A DNA stretch of 63,767 nt from Candidatus Firestoneibacteriota bacterium (GCA_038042445.1 JBBTED010000095.1:1-63767); one strand, 5' to 3'; positions 18,962 to 28,598 are shown, counted from the stretch's first letter. Notes: a model not told the origin generated them from the letters alone. Numbers and translations: made by a program.

Positions 18962-19972
18962 CTATTTATTCTCTAATTTTCTTTCCTCAACCCTATCTTT
19001 CAAAAGTGTCGTAGTTAATTCTGAACCTTTTAGTATCCCACGCGAATATTTAATCGGATATAAATATTCTGATAAACTATTATATAATTTGTACTCATGC
19101 TTGTCTGGATACGCAACTAATCTTTTTACTTTTTCTTGTACTTTCATGCAATCGTTGTCAATTATTTCAATTATAGAATTATTCATTTCCTCTTTCATTC
19201 CAAAATGATATAAAGCATATTTAAGAAAAATATCCTCATCTCGTAAAGAACAGCCTATAATAGACAATTGGTCAGCATTTTTTAATTTTTCTATTGCTTC
19301 TCTCCACAATAGCATTATTCCATTATTATATATCTTCAGGTAACTCATAATTATAATATGTGCACCTTTATCAGTTATAGAATTTCTACCATTCATATCA
19401 GCATAAATTTTAGGAAATATCTTGTTATTCACTTCAACAAATGGATATTCACCACCTTTGTCTCTAAAATTACAAGATCCGTGTAATTTAAATAATATAA
19501 TATTATCTAAATCAGAATTCTTTTTATCTCCTTCAGATGGAAAAGGAGTAAAGCTATATCCATCATTAGGATACCATCTGTTATTCAAATACAGATATTT
19601 ATCTAATATGCAATCATAATTTGTTGTTAATACACATGCATTTTTCGGTACTTTTTTAACAAAATCTACACACAATTGATAATTATTCTGAAATTTATCT
19701 ATGTCATAAAGACTTGCAATTATTTCATTAACATTTTCTATAAATTTACCGAGTTTTTCCTTCTTTTCATCATTATTTTCAGTTCTTATTTTTATTTCTG
19801 TCGAAGTTATGAATAATTCAATATCATGCATTTTTTTATAATCCTCTTCTACTTCTGGAATAATAATATCTTTTAATTTAGGCATTATATCATTAGTTAA
19901 TAAAGCTTCACCATTTGTAATAGCATGTGTAAATCCAGCCCCTAATAAAAAACATTGATTATTCATTTTCAT
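18962..19972 (-). CDS. SIR2-like (SIR2_2) domain protein, putative NADase
   Basis: LLGAGF, LTTNYD, FKLHGS, IIGCSLRDED. Confidence 0.8.
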   Translation of the reverse strand: MKMNNQCFLLGAGFTHAITNGEALLTNDIMPKLKDIIIPEVEEDYKKMHDIELFITSTEIKIRTENNDEKKEKLGKFIENVNEIIASLYDIDKFQNNYQLCVDFVKKVPKNACVLTTNYDCILDKYLYLNNRWYPNDGYSFTPFPSEGDKKNSDLDNIILFKLHGSCNFRDKGGEYPFVEVNNKIFPKIYADMNGRNSITDKGAHIIIMSYLKIYNNGIMLLWREAIEKLKNADQLSIIGCSLRDEDIFLKYALYHFGMKEEMNNSIIEIIDNDCMKVQEKVKRLVAYPDKHEYKLYNSLSEYLYPIKYSRGILKGSELTTTLLKDRVEERKLENK

Positions 19973-21042
19973 ACATTGAACCTAATGCCGAGGATATCGC
20001 CGTCTTCTACTATATAATCTTTTCCTTTCAGATAATATTTTCCTGCTTCTTTAAGTTTTTCTTCACTGCCATACGTGATTAACTCATCGTATTTCATCAC
20101 TTCAGCTTTTATGAATCCTTTTTCCAAATCAGAATGTATGGCACCTGCTGCATTTGGAGCTGTTGAACCAGCTCTTATTGTCCACTGCTTTACCTCATCA
20201 GAACCAACACCAAAAAATGAAATAAGGTTAAGAGCTTTTATGCAAACACGTTTTAAAACATCAACAGCAGGTTCTTCTATGCCAGTAGCATCAAGAAATT
20301 CTTTCTTTTCTTGTTCTGATTCAAATGCTGCTATTTCTGATTCTATTTTTGCTGAAATATGCATAAAGTATATATTTAAATGTTCGTAATCTTTTTTAAA
20401 TTTTTCAATCATTTCTGTATTTTTAATATCCTTTTCAGAAACATTTAAAACCACTACCATCTCTTTTAATGTTACAAAAGGATAACCTGAAATGATTTTT
20501 TTCTCTTCCTGTCCTATTTCTAAAAGACGCAAGGGTTTTTCCGTATTCAAATGTTCCTTTAATTTTAACAAAAATTCTTTTTCTTTTATTGCAATTGGGT
20601 CATTAGATCTTTTTAAATTCTTTTCAATTCTTTCAAGTCTTTTTTCAATGAACATCAAATCACTTAAAATAAGCTCTGAATTTATTTCATCTATATCTCT
20701 CTTTGCATCCACAGAGCCTTTCACATGATAAACAGAATCGCTTTCAAATTGTCGAACAACATGACATAAAGCATCTATAGTATTTATTTCTTTAGCAACG
20801 ATTTCATTCAACAATGAATCCTGCTCAAAATCCGGTAGCAATACTATATTAATTCTCGCCCTAACTAATTTTTCGGGTTTATACATTATTGCAAGCTTTT
20901 CAAAACGAGGGTCTATTATTTTTGCAATACCTTCTATTGGTTTCCCTGAGCCAATTTCATTTTCAGTTATTTTATGTTGTGTAATAATTTCAAACAATGT
21001 TTTCTTTCCTGCCTGAGTAAAACCTATAATCCCAATTTTCAT
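19969..21042 (-). CDS. Divergent YchF-like (DUF933/TGS) NTPase
   Basis: HVVRQF, ELILSDL, AAGAIHSDLEKGFIKAEV, GKDYIVEDGD..IRFNV; altered P-loop GFTQAGKKT. Confidence 0.85.
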   Translation of the reverse strand: MKIGIIGFTQAGKKTLFEIITQHKITENEIGSGKPIEGIAKIIDPRFEKLAIMYKPEKLVRARINIVLLPDFEQDSLLNEIVAKEINTIDALCHVVRQFESDSVYHVKGSVDAKRDIDEINSELILSDLMFIEKRLERIEKNLKRSNDPIAIKEKEFLLKLKEHLNTEKPLRLLEIGQEEKKIISGYPFVTLKEMVVVLNVSEKDIKNTEMIEKFKKDYEHLNIYFMHISAKIESEIAAFESEQEKKEFLDATGIEEPAVDVLKRVCIKALNLISFFGVGSDEVKQWTIRAGSTAPNAAGAIHSDLEKGFIKAEVMKYDELITYGSEEKLKEAGKYYLKGKDYIVEDGDILGIRFNV

Positions 21043-21090
21043 AGTTTCAAATCTCCTTTATTTTTCACATATTCATTTTTAAAATATGTG

Positions 21091-21765
21091 TTAAATTATA
21101 TTGCCATCTCTAAAGTGAATGGTCTTTTGGGCGCATTTTGCAATGTCAAATTCATGAGTAATTAATATTATAGTCTTTCCTTGTGTATGCAAATCAATTA
21201 ATATTTTCATTATTTCTTCACTTGAGTGAGTATCAAGATTACCAGTAGGTTCATCAGCAAGTATTATTGCAGGCTCATTAACCAATGCTCTTGCTATTGC
21301 AACTCTTTGCTGCTGGCCACCTGAAAGTTCATTTGGCTTGTTATTTATTTTGTCACTAAGCCCAACCAACTCTAAACATTTTAAAGCTTTTTCTTTTCTG
21401 TTTTTTTCTCCTGCATATATTAATGGAAGTTCTACATTATGTAAAGCAGTTACTCTTGGCAACAGATTAAAATTTTGAAAAATAAAACCTATTTTTTTGT
21501 TTCTGACTTTAGAAAGCTCGTTATCTAAAAGATTACTTATTTCTATATTTTCTAATTTGTATGAACCACTTGTTGCTTTGTCTAAACACCCTATAATATT
21601 CATACAAGTAGATTTACCAGAACCAGATGGACCCATTATCGCAAGAAAATCTCCTTCTTTAATAATTAAATCTATACATTTCAATGCTTCAAATTCTATA
21701 TCCCCTGTTTTATATATTTTTCGTATATCTTTTAATTCAATAACTACGTTATTTTGATATGCCAT
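21091..21765 (-). CDS. LolD/MacB-type ABC ATPase with no adjacent permease
   Basis: [33 protein letters not shown]. Confidence 0.9.
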   Translation of the reverse strand: MAYQNNVVIELKDIRKIYKTGDIEFEALKCIDLIIKEGDFLAIMGPSGSGKSTCMNIIGCLDKATSGSYKLENIEISNLLDNELSKVRNKKIGFIFQNFNLLPRVTALHNVELPLIYAGEKNRKEKALKCLELVGLSDKINNKPNELSGGQQQRVAIARALVNEPAIILADEPTGNLDTHSSEEIMKILIDLHTQGKTIILITHEFDIAKCAQKTIHFRDGNII

Positions 21766-21830
21766 TTTGTTAATATCTCCTAAATAATACCGTAACAAGT
21801 TAACTAAAATAAATTTTATTACACAGTAAT

Positions 21831-21898
21831 TGTCATCCTGAGCGTTAGCGAAGGATCTCGTATTTATATAGATTCTTCGGCTTCACCTCAGAATGACA
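21831..21898. repeat. GTCAT-ended palindromic element
   Basis: Near copy of 13039-13107. Confidence 0.85.
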
Positions 21899-22019
21899 GT
21901 CTGAAATGATTAACTTATAATCAACACATAAATTATATTAAAATAAATGGTTGTTGCCAATCTTTTTTATTGCTTTTAATATAAAAAATCAGTTAAAATA
22001 ACTTTTGGAGGTGGCAAAT

Positions 22020-23249
22020 ATGAATTATATTAAAAGTGGAATTGTTGTTTTAGTAACATTACTTGTGTTGTCAATAGTAATGCCATGTAATGCCGAAGAA
22101 TATTCAAGTGAACCTGGAATGGAATATGGTGGAGCATTCGGTGCTTTATCTGTAGATGGTAAAATGTATTATATGTTTGCTTTTAGACCGGAAATTACAT
22201 TCTGGAAATTCGGGCTTGGTTTGGAATTCAGACTTCTGTGGAATGATGATGGAATGCGGGAAAATGATTATACATTACCAAATATATTCAGGTATATCCG
22301 ATATGGTCATAAAAATGAAGCTCCTGTATATGCAAAACTTGGTGTCCTTGATAGTGCGATTTTAGGACACGGGTTTTTAATGAGAAATTATTCCAATCAA
22401 AGTATTACAGCATTTGATAGAATCTGGGGTACTGAATTTGATGTGTATTTAGGTGCTGCAGGAATTGAAACTGTAACAAACGATATACGAAATACACGGT
22501 TAATCGGAGGAAGAGCATATTACAAGCCACTGGAATCTTCCGGACTATTTCTTATAGACGGTTTAACAATAGGTGGAACATATATAATTGACCGCGATCC
22601 CGCTAAGGGAAAAATTGTTACAAAACCATACAGTGAACTTATAGTCTACGGCGCAGATATAGGTTTACCAATTATTGAAACCGAGCCGTTTACCTGCACA
22701 TTATATGCTGACTATGGAAAAATAAAAGAACAAGGCGATGGTTATGCTGCACCTGGATTTATGGGTAAATTATTAATCTTAGACTATAGATTTGAATACA
22801 GAAACAACGCCAGAAATTTCATACCGGGTCTCTTTGACTACATCTATGAAAATATCAGACCTATAGATTGGAGTCTTAGCAGATACGATGCTTCTCTTCC
22901 AAGAAGAAAAGGAACTTACGGAGAAATTGGCGCATCAATAATGAATATGGTATATTTGCTTGCAACTCATGAAAAATATGATGGTGAAAATTCAAATATA
23001 TTAGGACAAGCAACATTAAAAGCAAATTTTATACCCAAAATTACAGATGTTTCTTTAACATATTATCAAAAAGATGTTGAACTATTCAAAGGAATAACTT
23101 CCAAAAGTGAAAACACTGTAATAAAAGCAAGAGTAGGATTTCTACTCTCAGGTGGAGTAACACTTTATGCAGTAGTAAAACAGACTTACGACCCTGTATT
23201 GGAAAAATTCAAACGAACCACAACAATGGAAGTTGCATTCAGATTTTAA
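22020..23249 (+). CDS. Putative outer-membrane beta-barrel protein
   Basis: Signal peptide, alternating beta-strand pattern, terminal Phe (EVAFRF), SD GGAGG. Confidence 0.6.
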   Translation: MNYIKSGIVVLVTLLVLSIVMPCNAEEYSSEPGMEYGGAFGALSVDGKMYYMFAFRPEITFWKFGLGLEFRLLWNDDGMRENDYTLPNIFRYIRYGHKNEAPVYAKLGVLDSAILGHGFLMRNYSNQSITAFDRIWGTEFDVYLGAAGIETVTNDIRNTRLIGGRAYYKPLESSGLFLIDGLTIGGTYIIDRDPAKGKIVTKPYSELIVYGADIGLPIIETEPFTCTLYADYGKIKEQGDGYAAPGFMGKLLILDYRFEYRNNARNFIPGLFDYIYENIRPIDWSLSRYDASLPRRKGTYGEIGASIMNMVYLLATHEKYDGENSNILGQATLKANFIPKITDVSLTYYQKDVELFKGITSKSENTVIKARVGFLLSGGVTLYAVVKQTYDPVLEKFKRTTTMEVAFRF

Positions 23250-23268
23250 AAATAAATATTTCAGTATA

Positions 23269-23305
23269 AAAATCAGCCAACGTCACTCAAGCGTTGGCTG
23301 ATTTT
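23269..23305. terminator. Bidirectional intrinsic terminator
   Basis: AAAATCAGCCAACG-N9-CGTTGGCTGATTTT between convergent genes. Confidence 0.75.
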
Positions 23306-23739
23306 ATTTGCAATGGATTTTTACTCAAATTAAAATCTTCAGATTTAAAATTACTATAATACCTGCCATTCTGCGCAGTAAATTTAAGCACGCAATAATC
23401 CGGGTCTGTTACACCCTTTGAATAATACATTTCATCTCCGTTATGCCATATCATCTTTTTTGATTTGCTATCATGCAAAACTTTCATTGTTCCTTTAAGC
23501 ATAACGCCTCTAAAAAATCTTTTATCAAAAAAATATATACACGCTTTTGGATTATTAATATATTGCTTTACTCTCATAGAAGATGTATTAGTTGTAAAAA
23601 ATATATGTTTTATGCCTTCTCTTTTTCTTGGCACAAGCATTGCTTTTGTATTAGGAAAACCTGCTTCATCAACAGAACTTATTATAGAAACAGTTGCTTT
23701 GTCTATCAAATCTCCAATAGTTTTAATTGAATCTCTCAT
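23287..23739 (-). CDS. Pyridoxamine 5'-phosphate oxidase-like / general stress protein
   Basis: SSVDEAGFPNTKAM, FFTTNTSSMRV, YYSKGVTDPDYCVLKF. Confidence 0.85.
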   Translation of the reverse strand: MRDSIKTIGDLIDKATVSIISSVDEAGFPNTKAMLVPRKREGIKHIFFTTNTSSMRVKQYINNPKACIYFFDKRFFRGVMLKGTMKVLHDSKSKKMIWHNGDEMYYSKGVTDPDYCVLKFTAQNGRYYSNFKSEDFNLSKNPLQIKSANA

Positions 23740-23740
23740 T

Positions 23741-23992
23741 TTATTTTTCTCCTTTCGAATTTTTGCAAAACCACCAGGGAACATTTAATATTACTCCTCG
23801 CAATTGATACAACACACAGATATCTAATTTTCCTCCTTCTTTTTTCTTTAATTTTTCATATATTTTTTCCGGATTAGATTTTTTTAGTTGGGAAACTGTA
23901 GCAACACCGATTGACTGAAGTCTTTTTTCCGTAGCTGGACCTATGTTTATTACTGATTGCAAATTGTTAGATGATTTTATTTGTTTTTTCAT
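23741..23992 (-). CDS. TfoX C-terminal (helix-hairpin-helix) domain protein
   Basis: NIGPATEKRLQSIGV...LYQLRG...PWW. Confidence 0.75.
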   Translation of the reverse strand: MKKQIKSSNNLQSVINIGPATEKRLQSIGVATVSQLKKSNPEKIYEKLKKKEGGKLDICVLYQLRGVILNVPWWFCKNSKGEK

Positions 23993-24157
23993 ATTAAAAG
24001 TTTCTATATCTCCACCGTACCCATATTTATTTCTTTTATAAATAGTATATCCCAACTTTTGATAAAAGTATATATTTTATCACTATCATTCCTGCAAACA
24101 GACTGTGTTATAATTCTATTTTTTGTAATTTTATTTGTAGTAGTAGCCGCAAGCTTT

Positions 24158-24177
24158 GGTAACTGCGAAATAAATCT
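24158..24177 (+). repeat. 20-bp direct repeat, copy 1 (GGTAACTGCGAAATAAATCT)
   Basis: Identical copy at 26309-26328. Confidence 0.85.
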
Positions 24178-24196
24178 CAAGCCTTCCAAAATATAG

Positions 24197-24225
24197 TTGA
24201 CAAAATTGTAGCTATGAAGTATACT
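24197..24225 (+). promoter_or_regulatory. sigma70 promoter, probably giving a leaderless mRNA
   Basis: TTGACA-N17-TATACT with ATG at 24232 and no SD. Confidence 0.7.
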
Positions 24226-24231
24226 TTCAAT

Positions 24232-25467
24232 ATGCAAGGTAGAAATAAAGTATATATTGCACGAAATTTGGAGCAACAAATTAAAAAGCTTATAAAAAAT
24301 CAACAGTCTGCTTTAATTTTTGGTGCTAGACAAACAGGAAAAACCACATTGGTAAAACAGTGTTTATTACAACAACCCAATACAGTGAATTATCCATTTC
24401 AAAATCCAGAAATTCGCCAAGAGATGGAAACAAACCCTTCACGCATTATTAAACAGTTAAGTATTTATAAAGAAAAACCTTGTGTCTTTATAGATGAAGC
24501 ACAAAAGGTACCAGAAATATTTGATAGTGTGCAATATTTAATTGATGAACAAAAAGCTAATTTTATCATTACAGGTTCTTCAGCACGAAAGTTAAAAAGA
24601 AAAGGAATGAACTTACTTCCTGGTCGCATAAAAACATTCAGACTTGAACCTTTACTATGGAATGAATTTGGTTGGATAAAAGAACAGCTTCTAGGAATAT
24701 TCAAAATTCAAAATCTAAATGCTGTGTCATCTTATACATTTGAGCAATCCTTGATTTATGGAGCATTACCTGGCATAGTAAGTTTATCCGACAATACAGA
24801 ACGAAAAGAAATACTAACTGCTTATAGCCATATATATTTAGAGGAAGAAATCAGAGCGGAAGCTTTGAGTAGAAAAATTGGAGCATTTGGACGTTTTATC
24901 GAATTAGCTGCACAGGAATCTGGAACAAATCCTAATTTAACAAAACTTTCATTAGAATCAGGAGTAAGTATTCCAACAATAAAAGAATTTTATAATATTT
25001 TAGAAGATACATTAGTTATTGAAAAAGTAGAACCATATCTCAAAAATGCAAGAAAAAGAATTTTATCGTCACCACGATATTATTTTTTCGATTTAGGTGT
25101 ACGAAATGCATTAGCACGAGTTCCATTAACAGAAAACCTGATCAATGCTGAAAAGGGTAAATTATTTGAACATGCTATTATCCTTGAAATTATACGGAGA
25201 ATACGCACTTTTAATTTAGACTATAAGATATATTACTGGCGCACAGGAGGAGGAGCAGAAGTTGATTGTATAATTGATACAGGTTCAACAATAATTCCAA
25301 TAGAGATTAAAGCAAGTGCGAGAGTAACATTATCTGAACTTCGTGGTTTAATCAGTTTTATTGATTCATATAAAAAACAGGTTAAACACGCATATGTAGT
25401 AACTAATGGACGTGTTCCTGAAAAACTGACTGATAAAATAACAGCCATCCCCTGGAGATTTATTTAA
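24232..25467 (+). CDS. AAA_14 + DUF4143 ATPase with C-terminal restriction-endonuclease-like motif
   Basis: GARQTGKTT, FIDEAQK, TGSSAR, YYFFDLGV, YWRT..GAEVD, PIEIK. Confidence 0.9.
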   Translation: MQGRNKVYIARNLEQQIKKLIKNQQSALIFGARQTGKTTLVKQCLLQQPNTVNYPFQNPEIRQEMETNPSRIIKQLSIYKEKPCVFIDEAQKVPEIFDSVQYLIDEQKANFIITGSSARKLKRKGMNLLPGRIKTFRLEPLLWNEFGWIKEQLLGIFKIQNLNAVSSYTFEQSLIYGALPGIVSLSDNTERKEILTAYSHIYLEEEIRAEALSRKIGAFGRFIELAAQESGTNPNLTKLSLESGVSIPTIKEFYNILEDTLVIEKVEPYLKNARKRILSSPRYYFFDLGVRNALARVPLTENLINAEKGKLFEHAIILEIIRRIRTFNLDYKIYYWRTGGGAEVDCIIDTGSTIIPIEIKASARVTLSELRGLISFIDSYKKQVKHAYVVTNGRVPEKLTDKITAIPWRFI

Positions 25468-25597
25468 AATACAAACAATTCACTATATCAGGTAATTCCG
25501 GTATCTCCCGAATTACAGGTAATAACAATTACTTCTTTAACAATTTTGGTTTTTTTGATACAATATTAGACAAGTTTAGAAATTTGATACTCTAAGT

Positions 25598-26176
25598 ATG
25601 AAAAATAAAAATGTTTATATAATTGCTGGCCCTAATGGTGTAGGAAAAACTACTTTTGCTAAGAAGTTTTTACCAAACTATGCAAAATGTTTCTACTTTG
25701 TAAATGCTGATTTAATTGCTCAAGGGTTATCTCCTTTTTCTCCACGACTTGCTGCAATAAAAGCAGGTAAACTTGTTCTTGAACAACTTCATGATTTGGC
25801 AGATAAACATAGTGATTTTGCTTTTGAAACAACACTATCTGGAAAAGCATACATTCATTTTTTAAAAGAGCTAAAAAAAAATGGCTATCGTTTACAGCTT
25901 TTCTTTTTGTGGCTCCCAACTATAAATTTAGCATTAGCACGTATTAAGGATAGAGTAGCTGAAGGTGGACATAATGTAGCTACGAAAGATGTCCGACGTC
26001 GTTTTTACCGAGGAATCTATAATTTTTTTAAACTTTATAGACCATTATTAGATTCATGGATGTTGTTTAATAATGCAAATGCTACTCCAAGTTTAATTGC
26101 AGAAGAAAAAAATGGGAAACTTTTAGTTATAGATAAACATTTATTCAATAAAATTATCCAAATAGAGGAGAATTGA
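25598..26176 (+). CDS. Zeta-toxin-like P-loop kinase/ATPase
   Basis: IIAGPNGVGKTT, NADLIA, FETTLSG, RVAEGGHNV. Confidence 0.85.
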   Translation: MKNKNVYIIAGPNGVGKTTFAKKFLPNYAKCFYFVNADLIAQGLSPFSPRLAAIKAGKLVLEQLHDLADKHSDFAFETTLSGKAYIHFLKELKKNGYRLQLFFLWLPTINLALARIKDRVAEGGHNVATKDVRRRFYRGIYNFFKLYRPLLDSWMLFNNANATPSLIAEEKNGKLLVIDKHLFNKIIQIEEN

Positions 26177-26180
26177 ATTT

Positions 26181-26324
26181 ATGAAAAAAAGACTTACACT
26201 TCATGAGAAAGCATTTCTTGCACTTAAAGAAGCAGTGCGTGAGGTAGTAGAAAATCACAAAAAAACCGGGCGTCCTCTTGCAATCTGGAAAAACGGAAAA
26301 GTAGTTTGGGTAACTGCGAAATAA
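26181..26324 (+). CDS. Small protein (47 aa), probable partner of the zeta-like protein; not in the ORF track
   Basis: MKKRLTLHEKAFLALKEAVREVVENHKKTGRPLAIWKNGKVVWVTAK; SD GAGGAG. Confidence 0.7.
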   Translation: MKKRLTLHEKAFLALKEAVREVVENHKKTGRPLAIWKNGKVVWVTAK

Positions 26325-26328
26325 ATCT
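26309..26328 (+). repeat. 20-bp direct repeat, copy 2
   Basis: Identical to 24158-24177. Confidence 0.85.
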
Positions 26329-26332
26329 AAAA

Positions 26333-26470
26333 ACTTAACCATCGCCGTTCAAAAGAAATGATAATTCAGGGATACACATCACTTAATGCATCAACATAAT
26401 CAAACTCAAGAAGTTATAAAGAACAAAAAAATAAGTATTGTGTCCCTAAAATTCAAATGTATTGTTACAA
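26333..26470 (-). mobile_element. Degenerate attC-like site containing an internal AGGGACAC-type inverted repeat
   Basis: TTGTAAC just after the 26473 stop and GTTAAGT at the far end; inner IR 26363-26386/26432-26453. Confidence 0.4.
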
Positions 26471-26472
26471 CT

Positions 26473-27294
26473 CTAATATCGCATTTTTAAATAACGAGTT
26501 ACTTGAAATCTATTCATATATGGCTTTGAACGAATCTTATTCATTAAATCGCAATAACAATTTTTTGCAAAATTATTTTTTACTTTCTTTGGATAAGTAT
26601 AATGATATATTCGTCGGTGATCATACCCAGTGCTTTCATAAACAATAGATTGCTGAAATTTGGGTTGTAGGTAATCATAAATGCCCCACCTGATATTATT
26701 AAGAAATTCTGCTATAGCACTGCTGTGATAATTGAATATGTCAGTATGAAACAATTCATAAAATTCATCAAGTATGAGTAATGCATTTTCGTCTTTAAGA
26801 GTAATTTTATTTCTTTTGAAGATTTCTATTAATTCGCGTACGACACCAGACAATCGGCTAAAATTATGTTTTGAGATATTCCCACACATTTTTATAAATT
26901 CAATTCTTTTAATTGATAAGTCTGCTTCTATTTTTATTGAGGGTAACCAAATTTTTTTAACTAGGATTTCTTTTTCTAACCAATCAATAAATTCTTTAGT
27001 TGATTGAGTTAAGCTATTTATAGAATTATTTATATTAAAGTTCGGAGATTTGCAAATTGATTGAAGAGCTCCAAGATATGACAATTTTTCTCCCAAAATT
27101 TTTTCGTCAGAGCAGGAAAGAAAATCTAAAAGGATTATATTAAAATATTTCATATGTGTCCTAGAGTTAAAAGAAATCGTTAAATCAGTATTATTGCCCA
27201 ATAATTTGACAACCTCATTGTTAACCATATCATCAATAAGCCTTTTAGTAGCTTTCAAAAATATTACTTCTTTTTCTATATTATTGAACTTCAT
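26473..27294 (-). CDS. Hypothetical protein (probable gene cassette)
   Basis: 273-aa ORF starting ~10 bp after GTTAGAT; no family recognised. Confidence 0.7.
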   Translation of the reverse strand: MKFNNIEKEVIFLKATKRLIDDMVNNEVVKLLGNNTDLTISFNSRTHMKYFNIILLDFLSCSDEKILGEKLSYLGALQSICKSPNFNINNSINSLTQSTKEFIDWLEKEILVKKIWLPSIKIEADLSIKRIEFIKMCGNISKHNFSRLSGVVRELIEIFKRNKITLKDENALLILDEFYELFHTDIFNYHSSAIAEFLNNIRWGIYDYLQPKFQQSIVYESTGYDHRRIYHYTYPKKVKNNFAKNCYCDLMNKIRSKPYMNRFQVTRYLKMRY

Positions 27295-27303
27295 TTTTTT
27301 ATA

Positions 27304-27424
27304 ATCTAACCATCACTATTAGCTAAGATATAGCCACAGCATGAACCTTCTGTTTATGTTTATACCATTAGATTGACACAATGCAAAGCAATGCAGCATC
27401 ATTAGCTGTAGCAAATTATTAGGA
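27304..27424 (-). mobile_element. attC-like site (~121 bp)
   Basis: TCCTAAT..GCTACAGCTAA ... TTAGCTAATAGTGATG GTTAGAT; imperfect inverted arms. Confidence 0.55.
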
Positions 27425-27430
27425 ACGAAA

Positions 27431-27844
27431 CTATTTGTGCTGGCGAAGAATAAAATAAGCCAGTAAACCGATTAGGAATAGACACCCCATGATAAAAAAG
27501 AACCAGGCCAATCCAGTGCCTCGGAGCGCCCCGTTGCTCCTCTTGATTTTACGAATAACATAATAGCCAAGTGGTACATTAATGTAGCCTTGGCCAATAA
27601 CCATGAGGACGAGCATGGTAAAGATAAGCCTCTCAAATTTTGGTTTCGTCACTACAGTTTGTTCCATACTATCAGCAAGAATCTTATCCATAAAATTATC
27701 AGGTATTATATTACGCATGGATAATTCCGCTTGAAGAATAGTTAAAGCATCTTCTGTCAACTCGCCAGACTGAAAAAGTCGTACCAATTCTACATTTGTA
27801 AGTGACTTATATTTATTTCTAAGTTCTTCACTGTTTGGATTCAT
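27431..27844 (-). CDS. Membrane protein with DUF4190-like C-terminus (probable gene cassette)
   Basis: LGYYVIRKIKRSNGALRGTGLAW motif; visibly more GC-rich than its flanks. Confidence 0.65.
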   Translation of the reverse strand: MNPNSEELRNKYKSLTNVELVRLFQSGELTEDALTILQAELSMRNIIPDNFMDKILADSMEQTVVTKPKFERLIFTMLVLMVIGQGYINVPLGYYVIRKIKRSNGALRGTGLAWFFFIMGCLFLIGLLAYFILRQHK

Positions 27845-27871
27845 GTTGACCCCCTTTAATATCTATAATGG

Positions 27872-27931
27872 TGCTAACGACCGAAATCAGCGACGACGAG
27901 TTTTACCATCCGCTGAATTTATTGGTTATAC
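27872..27931 (-). mobile_element. Integron attC site (60 bp)
   Basis: GTATAAC caataaattcagcggatg...tcgctgatttcggtc GTTAGCA: core-site boxes and bulged inner arms immediately after a stop codon. Confidence 0.8.
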
Positions 27932-27932
27932 A

Positions 27933-28598
27933 CTAAAATTTCGTCTTCTCTTCTTTTGTATAATTTGCCAATAATCTTACTCTTCTATAAAAAGATAATA
28001 GTATTTTCAGACTTATTAAAGGATTTTGTGTTAATTTAGATATTGCTTCGATGTTTTTAAATCCCAAAAGTTTCGCTAAAGATTTAGCTGAATAGCTTAT
28101 GAATTCTATATCTGCTTTCTTGAGTTCTAATCCTTTTTTCTTCACGTCCATCTGCAACAATTTTCTTTCTTGCATCCCTTTATAAATTTCATTATATAGG
28201 GAATGTATTGCTCCTCCCGACTCACAAAATGATTTAATAATTTCTTTTATTGCTACGGCGACAGGAACAAAAAGAATTAATTCAATAAAACCCGGTGATT
28301 CATAATGAATTGCTTTTATTCGTGGACGATGTTTTGTGGGAACAAGATTTTTTAAATAATTATAAAAATTTACTGCACTATAACCGCCTCGCCACGGTTG
28401 TGAAGTAAATGTAAATAATATTCGTTCATCTATTTCATCAGATAAGTTTATCTCTTCCAGATTTTTAAAATTACCGAGACTACAAAGGGAATATACGAAC
28501 CCATAAACTTGACTATAAGTATGGGGTAACAAATACAAGTCATCAAGAAACCACTCGCCATCAATATTTATTTTATAATTTTTTTCCATATCATACAT
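27933..28598 (-). CDS. Hypothetical protein (probable gene cassette)
   Basis: 221 aa with IHYESPGFIEL motif; followed by attC. Confidence 0.7.
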   Translation of the reverse strand: MYDMEKNYKINIDGEWFLDDLYLLPHTYSQVYGFVYSLCSLGNFKNLEEINLSDEIDERILFTFTSQPWRGGYSAVNFYNYLKNLVPTKHRPRIKAIHYESPGFIELILFVPVAVAIKEIIKSFCESGGAIHSLYNEIYKGMQERKLLQMDVKKKGLELKKADIEFISYSAKSLAKLLGFKNIEAISKLTQNPLISLKILLSFYRRVRLLANYTKEEKTKF

